From the NCBI GenBank assembly GCA_963771045.1, contig CAVYRW010000004.1, positions 1,472,001 to 1,536,000 of the forward strand: DNA of 64,000 bases. The letters are read 5' to 3'. Position numbers and translations under genes: made by a program. Positions within the stretch are counted from its first letter, which is position 1; the number at the start of each line of letters is the position of its first letter. This DNA comes from Waddliaceae bacterium. GTDB lineage: Bacteria; Chlamydiota; Chlamydiia; Chlamydiales; SLFE01. Of this stretch, positions 1 through 10,850 are shown piece after piece. The notes beneath the pieces were generated by a model. That model did not search any database. It saw only the letters and a list, made by a program, of their open reading frames with translations, and was not told the DNA's origin.

Positions 1-34
1 TTTCTTCATCCTAGTACCCGTGATTGTGACCTAA

Positions 35-1654
35 TCACGGTAGTAGGGAGCGCATTGTATTCCAATCGGCAACGGGATTATGGCTGACTCCTGGATTGAA
101 CTCCGACTGCTTTTCAAAACTTGCCCAAAAGCTGTCAAAAACAGATAGAATAGGAACACTCACGCTATCACCTAAAAACGATTCATATGAAGAATACCCT
201 CCATCCCGAAGTTTTTTGAATTTTTCTCTGTATTCCTTTGGGTCTAGATTAAAATGTTTAGCCTCAAACTCAATGTAAATATCAATAATTTGGTTATTAT
301 ATGCAATATTAAAAGGATTAAAACTTAAACACATTAAAGGCGTTCTTCCTATTGAATCTTTGAGTGGAACGGCGTTATGTTTGATCAAGATATTTATCAA
401 CTTAATTTCTAAATCATCTGTTGCAATTGAAGTGTAGTTATATTCAGGGCTGACAGAACCATGATACACTTTTGAAAAAAGATGATGAAGGGCTGTCCAT
501 CTCGTCCCTATTGTTGTTCTCTGATTCACATTAATTCCTTCGCCTATCAGAGCAACGAAAGCTGCCACATCAGATGCTTGAGCAGCCTTCATTAAAAATA
601 AGTTATTGTTCTCATCAAATTGATTCAATCCTTTTTCTCTATCAAAACCAATTCTTTTTAGAGCTTCCATGTGCGCTCGAGTATTCTTTAAAAAAGGAGA
701 ATTTTCTCTACATTCACCAAATTTACAAAGTAAATTCACTGTCTCGTTAGTATGGGCAGTATCAATGGGCTGAATGGTAACATCACTAAATTTTGAAAGA
801 TAAGCTTTTTTCTTGACATCGATACCAGAATTTCCAAACAATTCAATAAGGGACGGATGAGAAACCCAATGCATATAATTTTGTCCACGATTGTCTTCGT
901 AAGACAAAGTATTAGCTCCCTTTTTAACAAGTAACTCGACCTTTGCGATGGATTCTGGATCTTTGCAAAAGATATTAGCTTGCTCAGCCTGCATTACAGC
1001 TAGATCTAAAAGGTTAACTTTCTTGGAATAACCAATAAGGTTTTGTTCTTTTCTATGTATTGAGTTGAAATCAAAGCTAAAATAAAAAAGAATTTCTAAT
1101 TCTTCTTTACTTGCATAAACGGCAATATTGAAAATTGTGTGCCCATTCAAAGAGTGAATTGAAGCACCTTTTGAAAGCAATAATTGAAGAAAAGACGCAT
1201 TGCTTTTTCTATATGGATGTTCTAAAAAAAATAAATCTAAAGGACCCTCGTCTATTGTTTTTCCTCTAGAAACTTCTCCAATTTTTATTCCTTTTTTTAA
1301 TAAAATTTCAACCATAGCGCTATGCCTATTTTCAATAGCATGCCCCATAACGGTCAATCTATGTGTCCAAGAGTCTTTACAAACCTCAAATGATTGACTA
1401 AGATTGGGCTTTACTCCCCTCTCTAGCATCAATTGCACTATCTTTTCCCGGCCTTCTATAACTGCTAAATCTAAAGCATCTTGAAAAGTTGCTTGATTCA
1501 AATCGCCTCCTTGCCATAACAGAAGAGACATTTGTTTATAATCGTCCTTTTTGACAGCTAAGAATAAAGTACATAAACGATTATCTTCAATATCATGGAT
1601 TGAAAAACGTGATGTGTCAAATATTTTGTGATTTAATGAAGCAATTGGCATCAT
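35..1654 (-). CDS. Ankyrin-repeat protein, candidate secreted effector
   Basis: 539 aa ORF with repeated ankyrin-like motifs (ALDLAVIEGREKIVQLMLERG, HAIENRHSAMVEILLKKG, WTALHHL, GRTPLM); visibly AT-rich. Confidence 0.8.
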   Translation of the reverse strand: MMPIASLNHKIFDTSRFSIHDIEDNRLCTLFLAVKKDDYKQMSLLLWQGGDLNQATFQDALDLAVIEGREKIVQLMLERGVKPNLSQSFEVCKDSWTHRLTVMGHAIENRHSAMVEILLKKGIKIGEVSRGKTIDEGPLDLFFLEHPYRKSNASFLQLLLSKGASIHSLNGHTIFNIAVYASKEELEILFYFSFDFNSIHRKEQNLIGYSKKVNLLDLAVMQAEQANIFCKDPESIAKVELLVKKGANTLSYEDNRGQNYMHWVSHPSLIELFGNSGIDVKKKAYLSKFSDVTIQPIDTAHTNETVNLLCKFGECRENSPFLKNTRAHMEALKRIGFDREKGLNQFDENNNLFLMKAAQASDVAAFVALIGEGINVNQRTTIGTRWTALHHLFSKVYHGSVSPEYNYTSIATDDLEIKLINILIKHNAVPLKDSIGRTPLMCLSFNPFNIAYNNQIIDIYIEFEAKHFNLDPKEYREKFKKLRDGGYSSYESFLGDSVSVPILSVFDSFWASFEKQSEFNPGVSHNPVADWNTMRSLLP

Positions 1655-1812
1655 AAGACAACTCCTAAGTCAATATTGAGTGATTTGCTTTTTCTTATGT
1701 TCTTCTTGCATTATTGTTAGTTGTGGCCTACTCGTCTCTAAAAGAAATGAGCTTCTGGAAGCAAGCTTCCTTCTTTTTTGACGCTTCATGGTCCTTGCGC
1801 TTGCGTCTTACA

Positions 1813-3243
1813 TCAAATTTTCTGAGAATAAGCTTTTCGACGAGGCCTTGAACTTTTTTCTTTTCTGAATTTACCGAATTTTCCCCTCTTCTTGTGAAAG
1901 GATTTAGGTTCCGCTTTTAATTCCTCGGCGTTCATGCCGATATGATCAGGTCCTGTGATTTTTTCGTTTTTTAGCAACAAAGAGAGTAGGCAGGCATTGA
2001 TTTGATGCAAATCCATCGTCTCTTCGAGTTCTTCCAGGCATTTGGGAGCGTCGTCGTCGATAGCTTGATTTTTGATGTCGGATAGGATTTGCCTAATTTT
2101 GAACTTTTTGACCTGTTCTAAAGTCGGCAGGGAATCTATCTTCGGGGGCCGTCCATTAATTCTCGCCATTTTTTTGAGCCATCCGCTTTCTTTGGGGGTG
2201 ACAAACGTCACCGCAATTCCGGTTTTCCCCGCACGGCCTGTCCGCCCGATTCTGTGAACATAGCTGTCCTCGGAAAAAGGAATCTCGAAATTGTAAACAT
2301 GGGTAATATCGGATACATCGAGCCCTCTTGCCGCGACATCAGTAGCAATGAGAAGCCGGCTTCTTCCAAAACGGAAAGAATCAATTGCCCGCTTTCGCTG
2401 GCTCTGGGCCATATCCCCATGCAAAGCAACCACCGAATATCCCTTGCCGGATAAAACTTCGGATAAATGATCAACATCTTTTTTTGTCGCGCAAAAAACC
2501 AGCGATTTTTGTTCTGATTCACAGTCGATCAGCCGAATCAAAGCATCGGTCCTTTCATGATGGCGGAGGAGATAGAATTTCTGGTTAATTTGCTGATTCG
2601 AGGTATTTTCTTTTGTAAGATTGACAAGGAAAGGATCTTTAAGAAGCTTCTTGGCAAGAGTCTTGATTTGCTTCGACATTGTCGCGGAAAATAATAAAGT
2701 TTGCCTCTCTTCGGGAAGGTAGGAAACAATAGTTTCAATGTCTTCTAAAAAGCCCATATCGAGCATTTCATCAGCCTCGTCGAGAATCAAGAATTTCGGG
2801 AGAAAGTGCTTGAGCTTTTTGGAACGGTAGAGATCCAAAAGTCTTCCGGGCGTGGCGACAATGATTTTCGATTGTTTGATCATCTCGATTTGCCTGACGA
2901 ATGATTCGCCGCCGCAAACAGCAGTTGATTTGATCCCGATAAACTCGCCAAAGCGGTTCAATTGTTCATTAACCTGCCTTGCGAGTTCTCTTGTCGGAGT
3001 TAAGACAAGGGCCGAGCTTTCGCGAGCTCCGCTCATTAATTCCAGTACAGGAAGACCGAAAGCAGCTGTCTTGCCTGTTCCGGTTTGCGCCTGGCCAATA
3101 ACATCTTTCCCTTCTAAAAGGGATGGGATAACCTGGCTCTGTATGGGAGTTGGCCTGGAAAATCCCATTTTTTCAAGGGCTTTTAGTATTGAACGACTGA
3201 GGCCGAGCGCCTCAAAGATTCTCGGTTTTTGCTTATTATCCAT
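1813..3243 (-). CDS. DEAD-box RNA helicase (DeaD/CshA-like)
   Basis: Q motif (GFSRPTPIQ), AQTGTGKT, PTRELA, TPGR, DEAD, SAT and HRIGRTGR motifs; basic C-terminal tail; start placed at MDNKQ. Confidence 0.93.
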   Translation of the reverse strand: MDNKQKPRIFEALGLSRSILKALEKMGFSRPTPIQSQVIPSLLEGKDVIGQAQTGTGKTAAFGLPVLELMSGARESSALVLTPTRELARQVNEQLNRFGEFIGIKSTAVCGGESFVRQIEMIKQSKIIVATPGRLLDLYRSKKLKHFLPKFLILDEADEMLDMGFLEDIETIVSYLPEERQTLLFSATMSKQIKTLAKKLLKDPFLVNLTKENTSNQQINQKFYLLRHHERTDALIRLIDCESEQKSLVFCATKKDVDHLSEVLSGKGYSVVALHGDMAQSQRKRAIDSFRFGRSRLLIATDVAARGLDVSDITHVYNFEIPFSEDSYVHRIGRTGRAGKTGIAVTFVTPKESGWLKKMARINGRPPKIDSLPTLEQVKKFKIRQILSDIKNQAIDDDAPKCLEELEETMDLHQINACLLSLLLKNEKITGPDHIGMNAEELKAEPKSFHKKRGKFGKFRKEKSSRPRRKAYSQKI

Positions 3244-3418
3244 GATTTTTCCTTTAGGGTTTAAGTTTAGCCTAAGAAAAAGCCAAACAAATGAACTTAT
3301 GGAGCATATTAACACCTTTCCGAATTTAAAAAAACATTTTTTAATTCACAGTCATTAAAAATATCGACAAATAGAGGGACTTATGTTATATTATTTTTAT
3401 AAAAAAATGAGATTTACT

Positions 3419-5243
3419 ATGCATGATACGAATAAAATCCGAAATGTAGCGATTATCGCTCACATCGACCACGGCAAAACCACTTTGCTGGACGCCCTAT
3501 TAAAGCAATCGAAAATCTTCCGCGACAACCAGGAAGTCCCCGAACGGGTCATGGACTCCTATGATCAGGAAAAAGAGCGGGGCATCACTATTTTTGCCAA
3601 ACACACCTCGATTTTCTATCAGGGACTATAAGATTAACCTGATCGACACCCCCGGACACGCCGATTTCTCCGGAGAAGTGGAGAGGGTACTCGGAATGGT
3701 CAACTCCGTACTGCTGATTATCGACGCTTCCGAAGGGCCGATGCCCCAGACGCGCTTTGTTCTTTCGAAATCGCTCAAAATTGGGCCTTCGTCCGTTTGT
3801 CGTGATCAACAAAATCGACCGGCCTCACGCCGATCCGGAAAGGGTTTTAAATGAAACTTTCGACCTGTTCGTGGAGCTCGGCGCCAACGACGAGCAGCTG
3901 GACTTTCAGTATTGCTATGCTTCGGCGTCTAAACGGCTATGCGCAAAAAGAAACATCGGCGACCCCAAAGAGGATTTGACTCCCCTTCTCGATTTGACAT
4001 CAGTGCCACTCCGGCGCCTCCAGGATCGCTTTCAGCCCCGTTTTTATTTCAAGCCTGCAGCATCGCTTATGACGATTTCCTGGGAAGAAAAGCTTGCGGT
4101 CGAGTTTTGGAGGGACATGTAAAAAAAGGGCAGCAAATTCTTCATATCTCATCTGATGGAAAAAAAACAAAAAGCACCGTCACCTGCATCGAAGGGCATG
4201 TCGGCCTCGAAAGGGTAGAACTGCCCGAAGCGGGCCTCGGCGATATTGTCAATATTTCCGGGATACCCGACGTTATGATCGGCGACACCCTCTCTTCTCC
4301 GGAAAATACCGTCGTTCTTGCCCCCATAAAATTGGATGAACCGACCGTCTCTGTCGACATTGCCGTCAATAGCGGCCCTTTTGCCGGTAGAAGCGGCAAA
4401 CATGTAACGATGAATAAAATCATCGACCGCATGGAAAGGGAGAAAAAAGGCCAATATCTCTTATCACATTTCCTTCTCCTCGGCAGGGCCAGCAAAAAGT
4501 CACCGTTGCCGGCCGGGGAGAACTGCATCTTGCGGTCCTTCTGGAAGCGCTTCGCCGCGAGGGATACGAATTTTGCGTTTCTACTCCTAAGGTTATTATC
4601 AAAGAAATCGACGGCGTGGCCAACGAACCGATGGAGCGCGTTTATATCGAAGTTCCCAAGGACTATTCCGGACCGGTCATCGAGCAGCTGTCCCGCAGCC
4701 GCGGAGAAATGCAGCATCTGCACACCGATCCTCAAGGAATCACCCATATGGAATTTTTAATCCCGACAAGAGGATTGATGGGTTATCGGAATGAATTTTT
4801 GACATCGACCCGAGGTCTTGGCATTCTGACGTCGACCTTCGATAGTTTTGAGCCTTATAAAGGGACCCATCCCGGACCGAACATCGGGCGTTCTCATCGC
4901 AATGTCTTCCGGAAAGGCCAACGGTTTTGCCTGCTTTAATTTGGAAGACCGGGGCGCTTTATTCGTGGAGCCGGGTGACGACGTTTATGAAGGAATGATC
5001 GTCGGACAGCACTGCCGGGACAACGATCTCATCGTCAATATTATCAAGGGAAAGCAGCTGACAAACGTCCGGGCTTCCGGTACAGACGAAAAAATTCTTC
5101 TAACCCCTCCCCGCACCTTTACCATCGAGCAGGCAATCAGCTATATCAATAAGGACGAGCTGATTGAAGTCACGCCAGGCGCCATCCGCCTGAGGAAAAA
5201 ATGGCTCACCGAAAACGAGCGGAAGAGAAATAATTCGGGATGA
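3419..5243 (+). CDS. typA: Translational GTPase TypA/BipA, split over about 7 frames (probably sequencing frameshifts)
   Basis: [44 protein letters not shown] and [10 protein letters not shown] motifs lie in order in successive overlapping ORFs. Confidence 0.93.
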
Positions 5244-6177
5244 TGCTATCAAGCCAATAATGCTCTCAGAAAGGAATGGAGCCGTAAACAAATCCGACAT
5301 GCCCCCCATCGGTCTGTCAGATATCATTTCTGTTGTCTTCGACAACTCCTCTTTGGCGGGAATGACCTCTTCTGTCATAAAGGAATCATCTTTTGAGTGA
5401 ATGATCACAGTCGGGATGCGGATTGCCGGCAAATATTGCCGGCAGCTTGAGCGTTCATAGTAATCGTGAACATCGCGAAACCCGTGCAAAGGGGCTGTGA
5501 CAAAATCGTCGAATTCCCAAAAACTTTTCAATTTGTCAATCTTTCCAAGGTCAAAGGGACAGGGCCTTCCGGCGAATTTTCTTTTGTATTTCCTTTTCAA
5601 GCTGCCGAGGAGATGCCACTGATAGACCCGGCCAAAACCTTGAGTAAATCTATCGGCTACAATTGGGAGGACAAAAGGTACGGAGACAGCGACTGCGGAC
5701 TTTAGCGGCGTGTTTTTCGTCTCTCCCAAGCCACTTGAGAAGGACATTCCCTCCGATGGAAATTCCGACAGCATGGATAGGCGCCTTAGGATGCCTTTCT
5801 TTCAAGTGCCTGACGACGAAATCGAGATCGCCGGTATCTCCTGAATGGTAAGTCCTCTCCAGTCTGTTCATGGTGCCGCTGCATGTCCGGAAATGCATCA
5901 GAACCGGTCTAAAACCCTTTTTGGTCAGAGCGGTCATCAGCCCTTTGGAATAGGAAGAATTAATCCCCCCTTCCAAACCGTGGAGAATGACAACAATTGG
6001 TTTTTGAATGTCGGCATAGCTTGTTTTATCCCAAACGCAATCGAGAAAATCCCCGTCGGGAAGCTCGACCCTCTCCCACTTTGCTGGCATCCGGGATCGA
6101 ATCCTCATGAGCGTGGGCCAAATCGTTTGACCATGGGGGCCCTTCAGCCACCAGGGGGCTTGAAAGTTGTCAATCAT
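5206..6177 (-). CDS. YheT/UPF0017-family alpha/beta hydrolase, frameshifted
   Basis: HGLEGG, YHSGDTGD, nucleophile GISIGG, SKDDSF; GGHVGF His motif after a further frame change near 5310. Confidence 0.85.
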
Positions 6178-7134
6178 AGATTTAGCCTCAACAATCGGTA
6201 AATTTTAGGAACAGCTTTTCTTGCGGCTGCCTTTCCCGCCTCATAGCTGGCCTCATTGCTCGAATCATCAAACAATCCGACATCCTCCAAAATAGGTTGT
6301 ATGATCACATCGGCCTCGGAGGCGCAGAAACTGCTCTGCGAAAGAGACCGTATTTCATGGCACCTTTTCGCCACGCCAAAGAGATTTGTCGGAAGAGACT
6401 CGGGCAAAAGAGCGGTCAAATCAACGGCAACAATGACCCTAGGAGACGTATTTTTTCGCCTCTCTTACCGGTACGGGATCAATGACTCCTCCATCGACAT
6501 AAACTCTGCTGCCTATGCGTACAGGGCTGAATACAAAAGGGAATGCGCAGGATGCATGAACAGCAGGAGCAACAGGTCCTAAGCCGAATGAGACCAGCTC
6601 CCCAGTGCAAAGATTGGTCGCAACGACAATTTAAGGGAATTGCCAGCTCCTCAAAATGCATTGAACCCAGGTGCTCCAGCAAAAAATCTTTTCAAACCCA
6701 TTCCCCAAGAAAGTCCGTGGCACTTGGTAAAAAAATCAAATGTGATGAAATCGCCTCTTCGCATCTTTAAAAGCTCCGACTTGATCCATGAGGCTGATGG
6801 ATGATAGGCATAAAGAGCGCCGACTAAACTCCCCGCGCTGCACCCGACAATCATATCAATCGGAATGCCCTCTTCTTCAAGAACTTCCAAAACCCCGACA
6901 TGGGCCATCCCCCTAGCCCCCCCTCCGCTTAAAACGAGAACTAGACGAATATCTTCGCAAATATGAGCATGCTGAGGGACGGGAAAGGCAATGAATGTCG
7001 TGATCATAAGTTTGCAGCCGCGACTGGCAGCTGTAAAGACAAAACGACAAACTCAATAAAAGGCAAAAAAGCTTGAGGGAATTGCAAAACTCCGGAAAAA
7101 TCGATTTTTGAGCTATTTTGCCGAGATTTGCCAT
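6174..7134 (-). CDS. Patatin-like phospholipase, possibly a lipoprotein, frameshifted; start approximate
   Basis: [13 protein letters not shown] and a DGG-type motif spread across frames; hydrophobic N-terminus ending LYSC. Confidence 0.8.
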
Positions 7135-7210
7135 TCGGCGCAAATTCACATACTCTAGATCGGTGAAAGAGCTGAAAAGCAGTCTGCAGGAGTTTTGTAA
7201 TTCCCTCAAT

Positions 7211-8011
7211 TTATTCATCGTTATCAAAATATCGCGACAAATATTTATCCGCGATATAAGGGTAGCGTTTGGCAATGAATTGATCGAGATTTTTCTTCTC
7301 GTTTAAAGTCATATTTTTCTGAAAGTAATTCTGATCCTCTCCCTTGGTGACGGAACTAAAATTCCCGACTTTCCGATAATACTCGATCACCCTTTCCTTA
7401 TGCAGGGAAAATTCTGCAATGAACTTATCGACATCTCCTTCGTTCAAGCCGCTGAAATCAAGAATTTTCTCAAGTGTTTCCTTGGGCTTTTGCATAAAAT
7501 CTTCGTAATAGATCAAAAGCTTTCTCCCCTTATAGGCATCAAAGATTTCAAGATTTGTAAAATAATAATGTTCGCGGTTTTCAATGCCGCTAATCAGATT
7601 CTGGAAAGTAGCTTGAATGCGGTCTCTGAGCAGCTGGGATGGAATGCATTCTTTATAATTACGAATAATGAGAATCATAGGCCCTGAAAGATTCTCGATA
7701 TCTTCGAGTTTATGAAGCTTCAAAAAATAGGGGTTGTCTTCTTTAACACCTAATGGAAGGAAAGAATTTAAAGAGAGATTGAACTCTCTGTCGACTGATG
7801 CAAGCAGCTGCTCTTTGTTGTCGTAAGGAAGAGCTCCTTCATAAAATCCTCCCCCGGGACCAAACGTGGGACACTTGAGGAGATATTCGATGCAGTACCT
7901 CATCCAAGTATTGGCAGTGCGTGGGTAGGACGCGAGAATATAATGATCCTCCGCCCTTAAGAACTGACTCATCAAAAAGAAAAAAATCAAAAATCGTGCA
8001 AGCATAATCAT
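7211..8011 (-). CDS. Sulfotransferase-domain protein with N-terminal signal or anchor
   Basis: 5'-PSB-like ASYPRTANTW, 3'-PB-like IIRNYKECIPS, YEDF motif. Confidence 0.75.
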   Translation of the reverse strand: MIMLARFLIFFFLMSQFLRAEDHYILASYPRTANTWMRYCIEYLLKCPTFGPGGGFYEGALPYDNKEQLLASVDREFNLSLNSFLPLGVKEDNPYFLKLHKLEDIENLSGPMILIIRNYKECIPSQLLRDRIQATFQNLISGIENREHYYFTNLEIFDAYKGRKLLIYYEDFMQKPKETLEKILDFSGLNEGDVDKFIAEFSLHKERVIEYYRKVGNFSSVTKGEDQNYFQKNMTLNEKKNLDQFIAKRYPYIADKYLSRYFDNDE

Positions 8012-8155
8012 CTATTGTTTTTTTTGAATGATCATATCCCAAAACATTTTAATTTTCACTTAATTGTTTTATCAATTTCATAATCAGTTATTTATATTTG
8101 ACAATAGTCATTTTTTCACCGATCTGTTATGGAATTAAATAAGGAGAATCCAATT

Positions 8156-8495
8156 ATGGAAAAGATTGAAGTCGAACATGTTAAGGAAGCCACGACAGAG
8201 TTCCGAAGAGACTGCTTTGATCAATGTTTTGCCTGAAGAAGCCTTCCTTAATGAGCATATACCGGGCTCTATAAACATTCCGATAGGAGCTGAAGAAGAT
8301 TTTGTGCAAAGAGTCGAAAGCGTCGTCCCCTCGAAAAGCTACCACATTATCGTTTATTGCTCCGGCCCCTCCTGCAGCGCCTCGGAAAAAGCGGCAAAAG
8401 AACTCGATAAAGCAGGGTTTACGTCAGTCATGAGATTCGCCGGAGGGATGAAAGAATGGAAAGAAGCCGATGAACCGATAAAGCCCGGTCAATAG
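8156..8495 (+). CDS. Single-domain rhodanese-like protein (one frameshift near the N-terminus)
   Basis: HIPGSINIP, VYCSGPSC, FAGGMKEW; AAGGAG RBS before ATG 8156, which is out of frame with the body. Confidence 0.85.
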
Positions 8496-8504
8496 GAGTC
8501 AGCT

Positions 8505-9329
8505 ATGAAAGATCGCGCCTTCCCCTTTATTCCTTTAAACAAAAGGCAAAATAAGCCCCGCGACAGAGGCATTACCGAAATCAGAGGCCCCTATTACACG
8601 GTCATGGGGCAAAGATACCTTCAGGATATTCTCGAAACAATGGGCCATTTTGTCGACTCGGTGAAATATGCCGGCGGATCGTTTACGATGATGCCAAGAG
8701 ACGCAGTCAAACAATTGAACGACATTTGCCACTCCCACGGTGTTCTTATATCGACAGGCGGGTTTATAGAAACCGTTCTCGCCCGCTGCCCCGACCTCGT
8801 GGACAAATACATCGAAGAATGCCGGGAGCTTGGCTTCGACATTGTCGAAATTTCCGTAGGTTTCATTACAATACCGGAAGACGATGTCTTAAGACTTGTT
8901 GAAAAAGTGCAAAAGGCCGGGCTTAAAGCGAAACCCGAAGTGGGCATTCAATTCGGAGCTGGAGGGACCGCTACTGAAAAAGAACTTGAAGAAGAAGGGC
9001 AAAAAGATCCTGCAGCGGCACTCCACCTCGCCAAAAGAGCCTTGACGCCGGCGCCTACATGATTATGGTCGAGTCGGAGGGGATTACTGAGAGCGTCAAA
9101 ACATGGAGAACTGACGTTCCGCCTCGCTTTCGTCAATGAACTGGGACTGAAGAACGTCATGTTTGAAGCCGCCGATCCGCTTGTTTATGAATGGTATGTA
9201 AAAAACTATGGTCCCGAAGTCAATGTCTTTATCGATCACAGCCAAATCGTTCATCTGGAATCGATCCGCTCCGGCTCCTGGGGCACTAAAAGTCTTTGGG
9301 GACGTGTGGTGACATATAAGCCCGATTGA
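8505..9329 (+). CDS. Phosphosulfolactate synthase (ComA)/HSA32-family protein, frameshifted near 9045-9125
   Basis: KPRDRGITEIRGPYY, VKYAGGS, STGG, EISVGF, KPEVG; continues in other frames as MIMVESEG...FEAADP...GPEVNVFIDHSQIVHLESIRSGSWG to TGA at 9327-9329. Confidence 0.85.
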
Positions 9330-9696
9330 TGAACTTCACTTCGACAAGGGCGCCAAGAGGAATTAATCCATGATAAAGGTGGTAATACCGGTTGACCCCT
9401 CCGGGATTGGTTTCATAAACCAAGTCGCCCTTCAGGTCAGTCGTTTTGATCTTTAAAATGACAAATCTGTCAACATCTTCCCAATATTTGTTCACAATGC
9501 TGTCTAGCTGATCCCTCCTTGCCAAATGGATAAATTTGCTGTCGTCAGCCGGGAGGACGATTTGCCCTTGATCCCGGCTTTGATCCCAATTATCCATCGA
9601 TAAGATCTTGTAGAGATATTCAGGCTCGGCCTGCTCTCCTGAATGAGAGCCCAGCATCGCCAGACATGCGCATACAAAGGCAGCCTTAAAGATCAT
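9286..9696 (-). CDS. DUF952-family protein with predicted signal peptide
   Basis: YKIL..W, FIHL, LVYE, HLYHGLIP pattern. Confidence 0.7.
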   Translation of the reverse strand: MIFKAAFVCACLAMLGSHSGEQAEPEYLYKILSMDNWDQSRDQGQIVLPADDSKFIHLARRDQLDSIVNKYWEDVDRFVILKIKTTDLKGDLVYETNPGGVNRYYHLYHGLIPLGALVEVKFINRAYMSPHVPKDF

Positions 9697-9924
9697 TCAG
9701 CCTCATCTGCCATTTTTCCAGATCAAATTCCCTTTTTTCATTCATCATCTCGCACATTTCGCCGACAAGAGCCTCTCCCAGGATCTCGTAGGCCTTTTCC
9801 TTCGAGATGCCATTTTCACAAGCTTCTCAAAAGTCATGCCTGTGGCCTCAGGTTCATTTTCATCAACCTGTTTCTTCACGGCTTCTAGCACTTTTTTCTT
9901 ATTTTCTGGGGACAAGTTTTCCAT
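9686..9924 (-). CDS. Small helical hypothetical protein (about 79 aa, one frameshift; missed by the ORF track)
   Basis: GGAGG RBS; MENLSPENKKKVLEAVKKQVDENEPEATGMTFEKLV / NGISKEKAYEILGEALVGEMCEMMNEKREFDLEKWQMRLNDL-stop. Confidence 0.6.
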
Positions 9925-10383
9925 TGATTCAACCTCCGGTTATTCTAAAAATCCTATATACACCAAAAATCAAATTTATTTGGAAGCGAATTGTTGATGA
10001 ATGGAAAAAAAGGTTCTTGTGAAAAATTGGGTGCGTTCTCAAGGGTGTCAATTTGAGAAAAATCGCGCTCGTGCCTGATTACAAACTAACTACTGAAAAT
10101 ATTCTACCTGGTTTCCTTTTGAGGTATTGCCGCCTGCATCGCTGAAGAGCTGCAAAAAACCGTGCAATACTGGGCCTTGGGAACGTTTTACTCCATGAAT
10201 GGACTTTGCAAGACCGATCAAACACAAATCCGGCTAAACAAACTCTCGGAAATTCACCTGATTTATGGAAGCTAAAAGCGAGCTTGGTTCCGACAGCCTC
10301 CATATGAATAACTACTTGCGCCAACTATTTTCTTGAAAATAATCCGACCAAATAATAAGTAGATTTAAATGGAGGTCAAAATC

Positions 10384-10614
10384 ATGATTCAAAGACTTAT
10401 CATGTTTCTTTTAACAGGGGCATCGGTCACCGGATGCGCTACTTTGAATGAGACCATGCGGGCAATGGAGTGCAATAAACAAGCCATTGACATGAGCACC
10501 TGCGTGATTATGGAGAATGCCAGGGCAATTGAAGAAACGAATGCCAAGATCGAAGAAAACAAGCGGCAGCTAGAAGCCATCAATGAAGCTCTTAAAAATG
10601 TCAGCGGAGGGTAA
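10384..10614 (+). CDS. Small coiled-coil lipoprotein
   Basis: GGAGG RBS, signal peptide with lipobox VTGC, heptad-like repeats (IEETNAKIEENKRQLEAIN). Confidence 0.75.
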   Translation: MIQRLIMFLLTGASVTGCATLNETMRAMECNKQAIDMSTCVIMENARAIEETNAKIEENKRQLEAINEALKNVSGG

Positions 10615-10617
10615 AAG

Positions 10618-10850
10618 ATGAAAAAACGTTTACTCATAGCGCCGGTTCTTCTGCTTGGACTTGCCGGCTGCGGTACAGCAGAGAGGATGAACTGCCTGAT
10701 CAACCAATCGACAGAGTCAATTAACTGGAATAGAATGCGCTGCTCGAAAGAAGCACAGAGATTATCCGGGAGAACGGTGAGCTGATCGAACAGAGCAACA
10801 AGGTTCTCGAAGAAAACGGCCGAAAGCTTAAAGCGATGAGCGGCGTATAG
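10618..10850 (+). CDS. Second small coiled-coil lipoprotein, paralog of the upstream gene (one frameshift near 10740)
   Basis: MKKRLLIAPVLLLGLAGC lipobox; ...ERSTEIIRENGELIEQSNKVLEENGRKLKAMSGV-stop. Confidence 0.7.

Noticed and set aside
3419..5243. typA as a true pseudogene or programmed-frameshift gene
   Set aside because: Many scattered 1-nt indels with perfectly preserved motifs, and neighbouring genes affected the same way, point to sequencing error.
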